Below are positions 1-9,654 of a stretch of DNA of 32,000 nucleotides, piece after piece. The notes beneath the pieces were generated by a model that searched no databases, was not told where the DNA came from, and saw nothing but the letters and a program-made list of their open reading frames with translations. Source of the DNA: Acaryochloris marina S15. GTDB taxonomy: Bacteria > Cyanobacteriota > Cyanobacteriia > Thermosynechococcales > Thermosynechococcaceae. How positions within the stretch are numbered: the stretch's first letter is position 1; each line of letters opens with the position of its first letter. The position numbers and the translations under genes are program-made. The stretch covers positions 2,280,001 through 2,312,000 of the forward strand of contig NZ_CP064923.1 in NCBI RefSeq assembly GCF_018336915.1. Reading direction: 5' to 3'.

Positions 1-1
1 C

Positions 2-1003
2 TTGGGTTTGTTATGGCAAAAAGTGTGGAATCGTCAGCATCGTCCCAAGCCCCCGAAGAATGAAACGTCCCGACAAAAGAAGAAACGTCAGACCAAAGCG
101 CGTAAAACTGCTCGGGAGCGTCTATTTGAGGAAAAAGAATCCTATCGTTGGGTGGAAGCACTGCACGCAGTGGAGAAAGCTGTGGGTCCTTCAACTCGTA
201 TCATTCATGTCTTTGACCGAGAAGGAGACATTGCTGAAGTCTTTGAACGACTCAATACCCTAGACAATACGGGACTCGTGGTTAGAGCCTCTCATAATCG
301 TTGTCTAGAACACGATCCTAATCGCCTGTGGGAAAAGCTGGAAGCCCAGAGTGTTCAGTTCGAGTATGAGATTGACTTACCTAAAACGAAAGGCCGGAGT
401 GCGCGCACGGCTAAGTTAGCTGTGAGATGTTGTCTTGTTGAACTTCAAAGACCAGCCCGACTAGCTGCCAGTCAACCCCTTCAGGTTTACGCTGTCTATG
501 CAACAGAAGTAGCCCCACCTGAAGGGGAAGAACCAGTGTCATGGATGTTGCTCACTAGTGAAGTCGTGACAACAGTAGAAATGGCCCAAACCATTTTGCG
601 TTGGTACACCTACCGTTGGCGAGTTGAGGAGTATCACAAAGTTCTAAAATCGGGCACTCAGGTGGAGCGATATCGGTTGGCATCTGAGGGAATGAAAACC
701 TTATTGGGATTCCTGTGTGTCACTGCTGTAGAGCTGTTGCGTGTGACTTATTTAGAACGAACACAACCTCAATTACCTGCACAAGATGTCCTCACGCCTT
801 TACAGATCAAAGTTCTCATTGCCAAGACCCCGAAGGTACCTAAAACATTAACGGTGGCATGGGCTGTTCAAGCAGTTGCACGACTCGGGGGATATCTGGA
901 GCATCGTCGAAACACACCGATTGGAATTCAAGTCCTGTGGAAAGGGTGGGCGAAGCTCAATGACCTGATTGAAGGCTGGCTGTTAGCTACCCAGGAGACT
1001 TAG
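2..1003 (+). CDS. IS4-family (Tn5/IS50-like) DDE transposase, 5' end cut by the window edge
   Basis: The frame is open from the window edge to TAG at 1001-1003. It has the C-terminal Y-x2-R-x3-E-x6-K signature (YTYRWRVEEYHKVLK) and an upstream HVFDREGD acidic motif, both typical of IS4/Tn5-type transposases. Confidence 0.88.
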   Translation: MGLLWQKVWNRQHRPKPPKNETSRQKKKRQTKARKTARERLFEEKESYRWVEALHAVEKAVGPSTRIIHVFDREGDIAEVFERLNTLDNTGLVVRASHNRCLEHDPNRLWEKLEAQSVQFEYEIDLPKTKGRSARTAKLAVRCCLVELQRPARLAASQPLQVYAVYATEVAPPEGEEPVSWMLLTSEVVTTVEMAQTILRWYTYRWRVEEYHKVLKSGTQVERYRLASEGMKTLLGFLCVTAVELLRVTYLERTQPQLPAQDVLTPLQIKVLIAKTPKVPKTLTVAWAVQAVARLGGYLEHRRNTPIGIQVLWKGWAKLNDLIEGWLLATQET

Positions 1004-1034
1004 CAGGAAAAGTCAGATCCTGATACAACATTGG

Positions 1035-4000
1035 TTGAGGCCAGCCGTTGCTCCCCTGATGGGTGTGGTTTTGAGTCCACTGATGTTCTCAAAAATGGTG
1101 CTAGCTCAACTGATTGTTCCCGACAATACCTTGGGGCCGGAACAGTCCGTGGTTTCACCTGGGGCAACGGCTGATGAACTTTTTATTGAAGGTGGGGCTC
1201 AGCGAAATATGGCCCTCTTTCATAGCTTTGAACGATTTGGGATTAATCCCAATCAAACTGTTTTTTTTAGCAACCCAGCTGCCATCGAGAATATCTTTGC
1301 GCGGGTGACTGGAGGGACGGCTTCCAATATTAATGGTTTGTTGGGGGTGGATGGTCCCGCCAATCTGTTTTTCGTGAATCCTAGTGGGATTCTGTTTGGA
1401 CCCAATGCCCAGTTGGATGTGGCAGGAGCCTTTGTAGCCACCACAGCAGATCGATTTTTGCTCCCGAATGGCAATTCCTTTAGTGCCGTCAATCCGAACG
1501 CTCCTCCGTTGCTGACGGTTTCGGTGCCCTTGGGGGTTCAGTTTGGTGCTCCCCCTCAACCTATTTCGGTCAATGGTGCCACTCTAGAAACGGCTGTAGG
1601 AGAACCCTTGGCCTTGTTGGGGGGAGCCGTAAATCTCGATGGTACTGAAATTTTGGCTCCCGGAGGACGGGTGGGTCTAAGTGGTCTTTCCCAACCCGGT
1701 ACCCTTCTGTTTAATCTAGAGGCTGCAACCCCTGATACTTTTCTGACCGTTCCGGTTGGGGGACGGTCTAGTGTGACGCTTAATAATTCAACCATCGATA
1801 CGGTGGAAGAGGAGGGAGGAGATATTATCTTTCAGGCTGAGAATATCTTCCTCAATCAAACGAATTTATTCGTGGGGCTGAATGAGGATGTTGACGACGT
1901 TGATGCCCAAGGCGGAGCCGTTCTTCTCAATGGAACTGGAGATATTCAACTGACTGAAAGTACTGTTCGGAGTTTGGTAGAGGATCTGGGACAAGGTGAA
2001 ACCATCCGAATTAGCGCTCAGAATCTGACTCTGCAGGACAATTCTCAGATTTTTACGAGTACGTTGGGAGATAGCTCTAGTGGCGATATTCGCATTGATC
2101 TAACCAATCGTCTCCGCCTAGAAAGAGGGTCTGAAATCTTAAGTCGATCCTCTGCGGATGGATTTATGAGTGATGCTGGATCCACCTTTATTAATGCACC
2201 TGATATTAGCCTCAGTTTTAGCTCTGGCATTAGTTCTGAGAGTGCTGGATCTGGAGGAGACATTAGCATCACAACAAATTCTCTCTTGGTTCGCGAGGAA
2301 AGTGATATTCGCACGAGAAAATTTGGACCGAATACCTCGGAGGGAGATATTCGGATTCAGGCCAACACTATTTTGGTGGATGATCGAGGAGGACCTACTC
2401 AAGATCGCCCCCCTATTGGCATTACGACCAGTGTGACATTCTTCCCTGAAGATTTAGGGCTACCACCTGAAACCCTAGGTGGGACAGGAGGAAACATTGA
2501 AATTGATACTCAGAATCTCACCCTAATTGGTGGACTGATTGCTCCCGCTGTCTTTGGGAATGCTCAGGGGGGAAATCTGACAATTCGAGCGGGAGATACC
2601 GTCCAGTTAATAGGCGATCCAGCTGCAGCTCGAAGGAACTTTGCTGGGGTAGCCGAGTTGTCTACTGCCATTCGGGATTCGACAACGGAGGGGTTTAGTG
2701 GCGATATTCGCATCAATGCTCGCCACTTGATTCTGAGAGATGGCTCCATTATTGATGCTGGGGCTGAGGGATTAGGGAATAGTGGCGATATTTTTATCAA
2801 TACGACGGAGTCCGTGACGCTACAAGGTACTTTGAATGGACAGCCCAGCCGAATTCTGACCCAATTGCAGAACCCTGGCATGTTTGAAGGTGGCAATATC
2901 GATCTGGTGACTGGACGGCTAACCATACAAGATGGTGGACAGATCTCGACCTCGACTACGATTAATTCGATTGGGAATGGTGGGGATATCTCAGTTGTTG
3001 CTAACCAGGGCATTTTGATCACAGGATCATCACCTCGGGTGACATTGCCTGCTGCAGATGCAGATTCTCCTTTTGTTCTGGATTCGACGAAGACGCTATT
3101 CCCGAGCGGGATCTTTGCCACTGCAACCGGTGATGGCAATGCCGGTGGGATAGACGTTTTTTCTCCCAATATTACATTGAGGAATGGTGCTCAATTGTCT
3201 GTGAGCAGTACGAATGATGGCTCTGCAGGGAGTTTATTTGTTCGATCCAACACGTTTGTCTTGGATGATGCAGCCCTGTTAGCCGAGGCTGTGGAAGGGA
3301 ATCAAGCGGATATTGGGTTGATCGTCAGGGATTCATTGCGGCTCCTGAATGGGAGTCGAATCTCAACGGTGGCTGGGGGGAATGCTGATGGCGGCAATAT
3401 TGAAGTGATGACAGGGCAGCTGACGATACGAGATGGAGGACAGATCTCGGCCTCAACTACTGCTGATTCAGTGGGAAATGGAGGGATTGTACGGGTTAAT
3501 GCCAATCAAGGTATTTCTATCATTGGCTCCACGCCATCTCCCAGTGGGATTTTTACTAGCTCTTTGGGGGAAGGGGATGCGGGTGATGTGGAGATTGTTA
3601 CCCCCACTTTAGAGATGAGTAATGGTGCTCAAGTTTCTGTGAGTAGTTCGGCGGGCGCTGCGGGATTTTTATCCATTGACGCTAACAAGGTTGTCTTGGA
3701 TAATTCTGCACTCCTGGCTGAGGCGGTTGATGGAAATCTGGCTGATATACAGCTATCCGTTCAGGACTCATTGCAACTGCTCAACGGGAGTCGGATTTCA
3801 ACGGTGGCTGGGGGGAATGCTGATGGCGGCAATATTGAATTAGTGACGGGGCAGCTGACGATAAGAGATGGGAGCCAGATTTTGGCATCGACTACTGCTG
3901 ATTCAGTAGGAAATGGAGGGATTGTACGGGTTAATGCCAATCAAGGTATTTCTATCACTGGCTCTACGCCATCTCCCAGTGGGATTTTTGCTAGCTCTTT

Positions 4001-7000
4001 GGGGGAAGGAGATGCGGGTGATGTGGAGATTGTTACCCCCTCTTTAAGGGTCAGTAATGGTGCTCAAGTTTCTGTGAGCAGTGCGATGGGGGCTGCGGGA
4101 CGTTTATTTATTGAGGCCAATACTGTTGTTTTGGATAATGCTGGATTCTTGGCTGAGGCAGTGGAAGGGAATCTTGCCAATATCGAGCTGTCGGTTCGAG
4201 ATTCATTGCAGCTTCTGAATAGAAGTCGGATCTCAACCGTTGCGCGGGATGAGGCTAATGGGGGCAATATCTTTATTGGTGGGACTGATACCCAGTTACT
4301 GCGATTTTTGACCCTGCAAGGGGGTTCAATTATTTCTGCAGAGAATTCTGGTGGATTTGGTAACGGCGGTAGTGTTGATATCGCGGCTCAATTTATTATT
4401 GCTTTTCCCAGTGAACTCAATCAAATAATTGCCAATGCGTTTGAGGGGGACGGGGGCGATATTGATATCTTTACAAATGCGATTTTTGGGCCACAGTTTC
4501 TCAATATCTCAGCATCATCGCAATTAGGTTTTAATGGCGAGATTAATATCGAAACTATTGCCACGGATCCGACGACTGCCCTCACCCAGCTCCCCGAGAA
4601 TGTGTTGGATAAAAGTACGCAAATTGCCGATGCTTGTGCTGTTCCGAGCACGGGGCAATCGCAATTTGTGGTGACGGGCCGGGGCGGTTTACCTCTGATG
4701 CCATCGAGTCGCCCTGCTGGGAGTTATTTGTTAACGGATTTAGGTACTCAAGTGCCTGCAGATGGTACGACTGTTTTGCAAGAAGCGAAGCGGTTAGTGG
4801 TTACGGTTAGGGGAGACTATTATCTGCAGGGAGAGTCGTCACTCCCCAAGCTACTAGAAGAGGCTCGCCAGGCTTATCTGGAAGCAAACTATGCCGACGC
4901 GGTTGTCCATTGGACTCAAGCTGCTAACCAGTTCTCCAAGCATCCTGGTATTTATGCTGCAGTTCAGAGCCATTTAGCCTTGGCTTACCATCATCTGGGC
5001 GATTGGGACAAAGCGAGGGAGGCAATGGCTGCGAGCCAAAAAGCTCTGACCCCGGACATGATTGCTGAACAACCCGCCCTCCATGCCCAGGTGCTTAGTG
5101 CGAGGGCGAGTTTATTCCTGGCTCGAGGGGATACTCGTAGCGCTCTGGAGGATTGGCAGACAGTGGCGAAGGCCTATCAACGGGCGGGGGATGATGCGGG
5201 AAACCTGCAGGTGCAGTTGAATCAAATTCAGGTTCTCCAAGATTTGGGGTATCTACGACAAGCTCAACAACAGCTTGTGCCATTGATGCAGATTCTAGAG
5301 CAACAGCCGCCGTCACCTGTTAAGGCGATGACTCAGTTGAATCTGGGGAAGGTATCGCGGGCTGAAGGAAATATGTTGCGATCGCAACGCCAAATCGAAG
5401 CCGCTCTCAATACAGCTCAATCTCTTAACCAGCCAGCGCTGACCAGTACGATTCTTCTGAATTTAGGTCATACCTTTCGAGGCCAGGGAAATACCCAAAA
5501 GGCGTTGGATTACTATCAGCAGGCCCATGCGATTGCACCGACATCCCTGATTCAATTTCAGGTGCAAGTGAGTCGATTTGATCTGTTAGTTGCTCAAAAA
5601 GATTCTGCAGCATTGCAGCTTTTTCAAGCACTGCAAGATCAAATGCGATCGCTTCCCAGCAGCAGAGAGGGGATTTATACACAACTCCACCTGATCGAAA
5701 CGGTTTTGACATGGGGACAGAGGGAAGAATCTTCGACTGTATTGCACCTATTAAATCAAGTGGAAGGGCAAGCTCAAGAGCTGGATGATCCAAATGCTCA
5801 ATCCTATATCTTGGGGTATCAGGGGCGAATTTATGGTGAGGCTAAACAATGGTCCCAAGCTGTGTCGCTGACTGAGAAGGCATTGCAGCAAGTACAAAGG
5901 CAGCAATCTCCAGAAGTTCTCTATCAGCTAGCTTGGCAATTGGGCCGTTATCGTCGTCAACTCGGCAATCGCCAAGGGGCAATTTCGGCCTATCTCGATG
6001 CTGTTGCAGCCCTAGACTCTTTACGAGGAGATCTCAGAACAGCCAGTGACGATGTTCGCTTTACGTTCAGGGATGGGGTAGAACCCATTTATCGAGAGTT
6101 GGTAGGACTGTTGTTAGAAGGAGATATGACTCAGGCAGATGCTTCGAGCAACCTAAATCGTGCCCGAAACCTCATCGAAGATTTGCAGCTCAATGAAATT
6201 CAAGACTACTTTCAGGATGCTTGTGTGCAAGCCCAACCGAAAGCAGTGGATCAAGTGGATCCAAGGGCAGCGGTGATTTATCCCATTGTCTTAAAGGATC
6301 GGGTGGATATAATTGTCAGCATTGGTAAGCAACCCTTGCGCCACTACAGCACACCGATTGAGCCTGGGCAGGTGGAAGATACCGTGAAACAGCTATTGCG
6401 ATCCCTAACGACTCCCTTGGGGTCTGCCCAAAAGAGCAACCTGACTAAACTTCAACAAATTTACGACTGGGTGGTGGGTCCAGTTGCTGCCGATTTAGCC
6501 CAGCAGGATGTAGAAACGTTGGTTTTTGTCGCTGATGGAGCTTTGCGTACCTTACCCTTGACTACGCTTTATGATGGCGAGCAATACTTAATTGAAAAAT
6601 ATAATGTCGCCCTTTCCCCAGGCTTAGATTTACTAGCACCGCTTCCCCAAGATAGGGAGAAGGTGAAAGTATTAGTGGGTGGGGTGAGTGAGGCCCGATC
6701 TGGGTTCCCAGCCTTACCCTATGTGGCCAAAGAAGTGGAGCAGATTACCTCGCAGATTCAAGATCATGCTGTTCTGTTTAACCAAGATTTGACCCAACAA
6801 AATTTGAATGACTATTTAACAGAAGTGTCTTCTGAAGTGGTGCATTTGGCGACTCATGCTGAGTTTGGCGCTAGCCCAGAAGATACATTTATTCTCACCT
6901 GGGAAGGTCGGCTCTCGATCCAGGCGATGGCATCTTTACTCCGAACTCGTATTCGAACTTCTGAGGTTCCCATTGATTTACTGGTGTTGAGCGCTTGTGA

Positions 7001-7265
7001 AACGGCTGTGGGGAATAGTCGCGCTGTTCTGGGAATTGCGGGGATGGCGATTCGGTCCGGCGTGCGCAGTACATTGGCCGGATTATGGTCGTTGGATGAT
7101 CAGGCGGCAGCAGCCTTTATGGGCCATTTTTATAAAGCCTTGGCTCAACCTAATATGACGAAGGCAGCAGCGTTCCGGCAGGCGCAGTTGGCTTTGATGA
7201 AAGACCCACAATTTAGAGCGCCCTATTTTTGGAGTCCGTTTGTGTTGGTTGGCAACTGGTTATGA
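1035..7265 (+). CDS. Giant TPS-domain (filamentous haemagglutinin N-terminal) / beta-helix repeat / TPR / CHAT-protease protein
   Basis: A 2,076-aa ORF. The N-terminus matches the FhaB-type TPS domain (AQLIVPDNTLG...NPNQTVFFSNP..IENIFARVTGG..SNINGLL...ANLFFVNPSGILFGPNAQLDV.GAF.ATT). It is followed by hundreds of residues of GGDI/GGNI-type beta-helix repeats. TPR-like helical repeats span about nt 4845-6135. The C-terminal CHAT domain has a caspase-like dyad: VVHLATHAEFG (His codon 6855-6857) and LLVLSACETAVG (Cys codon 6996-6998). The start is uncertain, either TTG 1035 or ATG 1059. Confidence 0.9.
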   Translation: MRPAVAPLMGVVLSPLMFSKMVLAQLIVPDNTLGPEQSVVSPGATADELFIEGGAQRNMALFHSFERFGINPNQTVFFSNPAAIENIFARVTGGTASNINGLLGVDGPANLFFVNPSGILFGPNAQLDVAGAFVATTADRFLLPNGNSFSAVNPNAPPLLTVSVPLGVQFGAPPQPISVNGATLETAVGEPLALLGGAVNLDGTEILAPGGRVGLSGLSQPGTLLFNLEAATPDTFLTVPVGGRSSVTLNNSTIDTVEEEGGDIIFQAENIFLNQTNLFVGLNEDVDDVDAQGGAVLLNGTGDIQLTESTVRSLVEDLGQGETIRISAQNLTLQDNSQIFTSTLGDSSSGDIRIDLTNRLRLERGSEILSRSSADGFMSDAGSTFINAPDISLSFSSGISSESAGSGGDISITTNSLLVREESDIRTRKFGPNTSEGDIRIQANTILVDDRGGPTQDRPPIGITTSVTFFPEDLGLPPETLGGTGGNIEIDTQNLTLIGGLIAPAVFGNAQGGNLTIRAGDTVQLIGDPAAARRNFAGVAELSTAIRDSTTEGFSGDIRINARHLILRDGSIIDAGAEGLGNSGDIFINTTESVTLQGTLNGQPSRILTQLQNPGMFEGGNIDLVTGRLTIQDGGQISTSTTINSIGNGGDISVVANQGILITGSSPRVTLPAADADSPFVLDSTKTLFPSGIFATATGDGNAGGIDVFSPNITLRNGAQLSVSSTNDGSAGSLFVRSNTFVLDDAALLAEAVEGNQADIGLIVRDSLRLLNGSRISTVAGGNADGGNIEVMTGQLTIRDGGQISASTTADSVGNGGIVRVNANQGISIIGSTPSPSGIFTSSLGEGDAGDVEIVTPTLEMSNGAQVSVSSSAGAAGFLSIDANKVVLDNSALLAEAVDGNLADIQLSVQDSLQLLNGSRISTVAGGNADGGNIELVTGQLTIRDGSQILASTTADSVGNGGIVRVNANQGISITGSTPSPSGIFASSLGEGDAGDVEIVTPSLRVSNGAQVSVSSAMGAAGRLFIEANTVVLDNAGFLAEAVEGNLANIELSVRDSLQLLNRSRISTVARDEANGGNIFIGGTDTQLLRFLTLQGGSIISAENSGGFGNGGSVDIAAQFIIAFPSELNQIIANAFEGDGGDIDIFTNAIFGPQFLNISASSQLGFNGEINIETIATDPTTALTQLPENVLDKSTQIADACAVPSTGQSQFVVTGRGGLPLMPSSRPAGSYLLTDLGTQVPADGTTVLQEAKRLVVTVRGDYYLQGESSLPKLLEEARQAYLEANYADAVVHWTQAANQFSKHPGIYAAVQSHLALAYHHLGDWDKAREAMAASQKALTPDMIAEQPALHAQVLSARASLFLARGDTRSALEDWQTVAKAYQRAGDDAGNLQVQLNQIQVLQDLGYLRQAQQQLVPLMQILEQQPPSPVKAMTQLNLGKVSRAEGNMLRSQRQIEAALNTAQSLNQPALTSTILLNLGHTFRGQGNTQKALDYYQQAHAIAPTSLIQFQVQVSRFDLLVAQKDSAALQLFQALQDQMRSLPSSREGIYTQLHLIETVLTWGQREESSTVLHLLNQVEGQAQELDDPNAQSYILGYQGRIYGEAKQWSQAVSLTEKALQQVQRQQSPEVLYQLAWQLGRYRRQLGNRQGAISAYLDAVAALDSLRGDLRTASDDVRFTFRDGVEPIYRELVGLLLEGDMTQADASSNLNRARNLIEDLQLNEIQDYFQDACVQAQPKAVDQVDPRAAVIYPIVLKDRVDIIVSIGKQPLRHYSTPIEPGQVEDTVKQLLRSLTTPLGSAQKSNLTKLQQIYDWVVGPVAADLAQQDVETLVFVADGALRTLPLTTLYDGEQYLIEKYNVALSPGLDLLAPLPQDREKVKVLVGGVSEARSGFPALPYVAKEVEQITSQIQDHAVLFNQDLTQQNLNDYLTEVSSEVVHLATHAEFGASPEDTFILTWEGRLSIQAMASLLRTRIRTSEVPIDLLVLSACETAVGNSRAVLGIAGMAIRSGVRSTLAGLWSLDDQAAAAFMGHFYKALAQPNMTKAAAFRQAQLALMKDPQFRAPYFWSPFVLVGNWL
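3183..4270 (+). repeat. About 2.5 tandem copies of a 435-438-nt (145-146-aa) coding repeat inside the TPS-CHAT gene
   Basis: The unit marker AATGGTGCTCAA recurs at 3183, 3621 and 4056. Long near-identical nucleotide stretches occur, for example GGTGGCTGGGGGGAATGCTGATGGCGGCAATATTGAA in units 1 and 2. Protein units run NGAQ.SVSS...LLNGSRISTVAGGNADGGNIE..TGQLTIRDG.QI.ASTTADSVGNGGIVRVNANQGISI.GSTPSPSGIF.SSLGEGDAGDVEIVTP. Confidence 0.9.
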
Positions 7266-7454
7266 TCCTTGAATGCTGATGTTTAGAATGTCTATATTGG
7301 ACAAGTGTACGGTGAATAGAAGGCTGGTGTATGTTAAAGCAGCGGTAAGATGAATGCTGCGGTTATTTTGTCTACCTCTTCAATTACAGAACCTTTAATT
7401 CAAACAATTGACCTTTTTAGGAAAAAGCATTGCACTGGATTTTGTCCGCTATGC

Positions 7455-8492
7455 CTAGGGGGCCATCATCTGCCATGAAATCTCCTCCCCTGCTCTGAGG
7501 GGAACTAGTCCAGCTTCAGGAAATGGTACTGTATCGGGAATACGCCAAGTCTTTTTTTCTAAGGTGATTTTCTCGATATTGCGTGGGAGTTGGTAGAAAT
7601 CTGGACCATAGAAGCTGGCAAAAGCCTCCAGTTTGTCGAGGACATCAACACTCTCAAATGCTTCTGCGTATAGTTCCATTGCATGGAGAGCCGAGTAGCA
7701 ACCTGCACAGCCACAAGACCTTTCTTTAGTATGTTGTGCATGGGGAGCGCTGTCGGTGCCCAGGAAAAACTTGGGATTGCCAGAGGTTGCTGCTTTTAAA
7801 AGAGCTAAGCGATGCTTCTCTCGTTTCAAAATGGGTAAGCAATAGTAGTGGGGACGAATACCACCTTTAAATAAAGCATTGCGACTGAATAGAAGATGTT
7901 GGGGCGTGATGGTTGCAGCAATGTTGCGGTCGGCACTGAGGACAAACTCTACAGCTTCGGAGGTGGTGATATGCTCAAGCACTACTCGCAGTTTGGGAAA
8001 TCGTGAGACGAGGGGAATCAGGTGGGTTTCGATAAACACTTTTTCGCGATCAAAAACATCCACTTCAGTATTGGTCACTTCCCCGTGCAGTAATAGAGGA
8101 ATATTTTCCTGCTCCATGGTTGCGAAGATGCGATCGCACTTCCGTATATCAGTCACACCAAAGTCAGAATTGGTGGTTGCCCCTGCAGGATAATACTTCA
8201 CCGCTTTGACAAACTTCGATGCTTTTGCCGCAATGATTTCTTCTGGACTCGTATTATCGGTTAGATATAGGGTCATCAGAGGCTCGAATGCTTGACCCGC
8301 CGGTATTGCCGCTAAAATTCGGTCTCGATAAGCTGCAGCATCAGCCACCGTGCGGATAGGGGGCTTTAGGTTCGGCATGACAATGGCACGAGCGAACTGC
8401 CGTGCCGAATGGGGGAGAACTGCTTTTAGGGCATCTCCATCCCGTAAATGGAGATGCCAGTCGTCGGGCCGGGTGAGGGTGATTTTTTGCAT
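7455..8492 (-). CDS. pyrC: Dihydroorotase, class II (homodimeric type)
   Basis: The 345-aa product is collinear with E. coli PyrC as recalled ([80 protein letters not shown]...K....GCAGC). Confidence 0.95.
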   Translation of the reverse strand: MQKITLTRPDDWHLHLRDGDALKAVLPHSARQFARAIVMPNLKPPIRTVADAAAYRDRILAAIPAGQAFEPLMTLYLTDNTSPEEIIAAKASKFVKAVKYYPAGATTNSDFGVTDIRKCDRIFATMEQENIPLLLHGEVTNTEVDVFDREKVFIETHLIPLVSRFPKLRVVLEHITTSEAVEFVLSADRNIAATITPQHLLFSRNALFKGGIRPHYYCLPILKREKHRLALLKAATSGNPKFFLGTDSAPHAQHTKERSCGCAGCYSALHAMELYAEAFESVDVLDKLEAFASFYGPDFYQLPRNIEKITLEKKTWRIPDTVPFPEAGLVPLRAGEEISWQMMAP

Positions 8493-8574
8493 CTATCAAT
8501 CATAGGATTTTGACGTTAGCTTGAGCTACTCCTTATGTAAATCAGCCACGAAATTTGTTCAAAGAGCAACTAAA

Positions 8575-8632
8575 CACCTGAACTTACCTGAATAAATCGG
8601 GATTTTACCTGCCGATTGATTTGGCGATAGTA
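8575..8632 (+). promoter_or_regulatory. Copy 1 of a conserved upstream element (putative promoter/operator) preceding acyltransferase gene 1
   Basis: Sequence CACCTGAACTTACCTGAATAAATCGGGATTTTACCTGCCGATTGATTTGGCGATAGTA. It contains 10-bp-spaced direct repeats (A)CCTGAA, a -35-like TTTACC (8604-8609) and a -10-like GATAGT (8626-8631). It is nearly identical to the copies at 9519 and 10409. Confidence 0.55.
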
Positions 8633-8713
8633 GGGACATCAACGAAGCGATGACCCATAAGCACAGCTTCAAAGAACGAACCCCTTCTACCCAATTAGTA
8701 CAGGTAATAAATC

Positions 8714-9355
8714 ATGACTATGACTACCTCCGCAACCACCGAATTCGCTCTAGAACACATTCAAGAAGCGCCTGAAACTGAACTTGTGATTCCTGTTGAG
8801 AACGCAGCTATCCCTGACCCCACTGAAGCGACACCTGAACCCTCAGAAAAAGCTGTTCTCACTCCAGAACCAACAGAGAATCAAGATCCTACCCTTGAAC
8901 AAAGGGAAGATGCTCAAGCTCAAACCTCACCAGAGGTGATGCGACAGAGACTGCAACTCTTAGGGGGGATTACCTGGCTAATGTTGCAATCTCCCCAACA
9001 CTGGCACTGCACGATCGAGGAATTAGAAGCGAGAATTTTACCCAGCCTCACCCTCAACCAATTTCGCTATTACGAATCAGGCGGTCAACCCATCGGATTT
9101 GTCAGTTGGGCCTACTTGTCCTCAGAAGCCGAAGAGAAATATCAAACAGGAGAATACAAACTGCTACCGCAAGAGTGGCGGAGCGGTGAACAGCTTTGGT
9201 GTACCGATTTTATTTCGCCCTTTGACCAAAACCAAAGTATGTTCGAGGATTTGCGACAAAGTATTTTCCCTCAGGGCACAACCGCCAAAATGATACGTAC
9301 CCAAGAAGACGGTGCTCGCTCAATTGTTGAATACCAGGTAGGAGCAGAAGATTGA
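8714..9355 (+). CDS. HlyC/CyaC-family RTX toxin-activating lysine acyltransferase paralogue 1, with a roughly 70-aa acidic Pro/Glu/Thr-rich N-terminal extension
   Basis: The C-terminal ~135 aa align with recalled E. coli HlyC: LLGGITWLMLQSPQH ~ ILGHVSWLWASSPLH (catalytic His position kept), QFRYYESGGQPIGFVSWAYLSSEAEEKY ~ NQYVLLTRDDYPVAYCSWANLSLENEIKY, and WRSGEQLWCTDFISPF ~ WTSGDRKWFIDWIAPF (Asp kept). The ATG sits in the context AGGTAATAAATCATG. Confidence 0.8.
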   Translation: MTMTTSATTEFALEHIQEAPETELVIPVENAAIPDPTEATPEPSEKAVLTPEPTENQDPTLEQREDAQAQTSPEVMRQRLQLLGGITWLMLQSPQHWHCTIEELEARILPSLTLNQFRYYESGGQPIGFVSWAYLSSEAEEKYQTGEYKLLPQEWRSGEQLWCTDFISPFDQNQSMFEDLRQSIFPQGTTAKMIRTQEDGARSIVEYQVGAED

Positions 9356-9448
9356 TCCTTAACCATTAAGACTAAATCCTAATGGCAGCAACGGGTTCCA
9401 CCAAAATCTCTCCAACTTCTCCCTTTTGAAAACAAAGATTGTCTCACT

Positions 9449-9490
9449 CCTGCGGAATGGTTTGACTTGCACTCAAAATCCATTCGCAGG
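9449..9490 (+). terminator. Imperfect hairpin downstream of acyltransferase gene 1 (possible terminator or RNA structure)
   Basis: CCTGCGGAATGG (9449-9460) pairs with CCATTCGCAGG (9480-9490) with one bulged G and a 19-nt loop. The downstream sequence is only moderately T-rich. Confidence 0.3.
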
Positions 9491-9518
9491 ACTTTCTGCT
9501 GTTTGAGGGATGGAAAAA

Positions 9519-9576
9519 CCCCTGAACTTACCTGAATAAATCGGGATTTTATCTACCTAGCGATTTGGCGATAGTA
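9519..9576 (+). promoter_or_regulatory. Copy 2 of the conserved upstream element, preceding acyltransferase gene 2
   Basis: Sequence CCCCTGAACTTACCTGAATAAATCGGGATTTTATCTACCTAGCGATTTGGCGATAGTA. Thirty-one consecutive nt and the 3' GATTTGGCGATAGTA are identical to copy 1. The distance to the ATG (~80 nt) is the same as for copy 1. Confidence 0.55.
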
Positions 9577-9654
9577 AATGTATTGACCCATAGACAACTC
9601 CGCCAGTCCAGTCTCCCGTTTAGTCTTTCTCTTCCACCACTAGAGGTAATAATC

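Noticed and set aside
2564-3169. A 201-aa minus-strand ORF and several 60-130-aa ORFs overlapping the TPS-CHAT gene (e.g. 1155-1559-, 5425-5793-).
   Set aside because: They lie entirely inside a 2,076-aa ORF with clear domain homology and have no recognisable motifs. They are typical antisense shadows.
3183-4270. The possibility that the regularly spaced repeats here, or at 11043-11528, represent a CRISPR array.
   Set aside because: The units are 435 and 162 nt, contiguous with no unique spacers, in frame and coding within long ORFs. No cas genes are present.
8575-8600. Interpreting the phased ACCTGAA repeats as RpaB (HLR1) sites because rpaB lies in the window.
   Set aside because: HLR1 as I recall it is a pair of (G/T)TTACA(T/A)(T/A) octamers separated by 2 nt. 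ACCTGAA with 10-bp spacing does not match it. Proximity of rpaB, 18 kb away and a global regulator, is not evidence.
9565-9654. The ORF-track start (TTG 9565) for acyltransferase 2, and analogously TTG 10467 for the RTX gene.
   Set aside because: Both TTGs lie in the same position of the conserved upstream element (TTGGCGATAGT), so the open frame there is a by-product of the repeat. Downstream ATGs (9655 and 10521) have the RBS or context seen for gene 1, or an AAGGAG.
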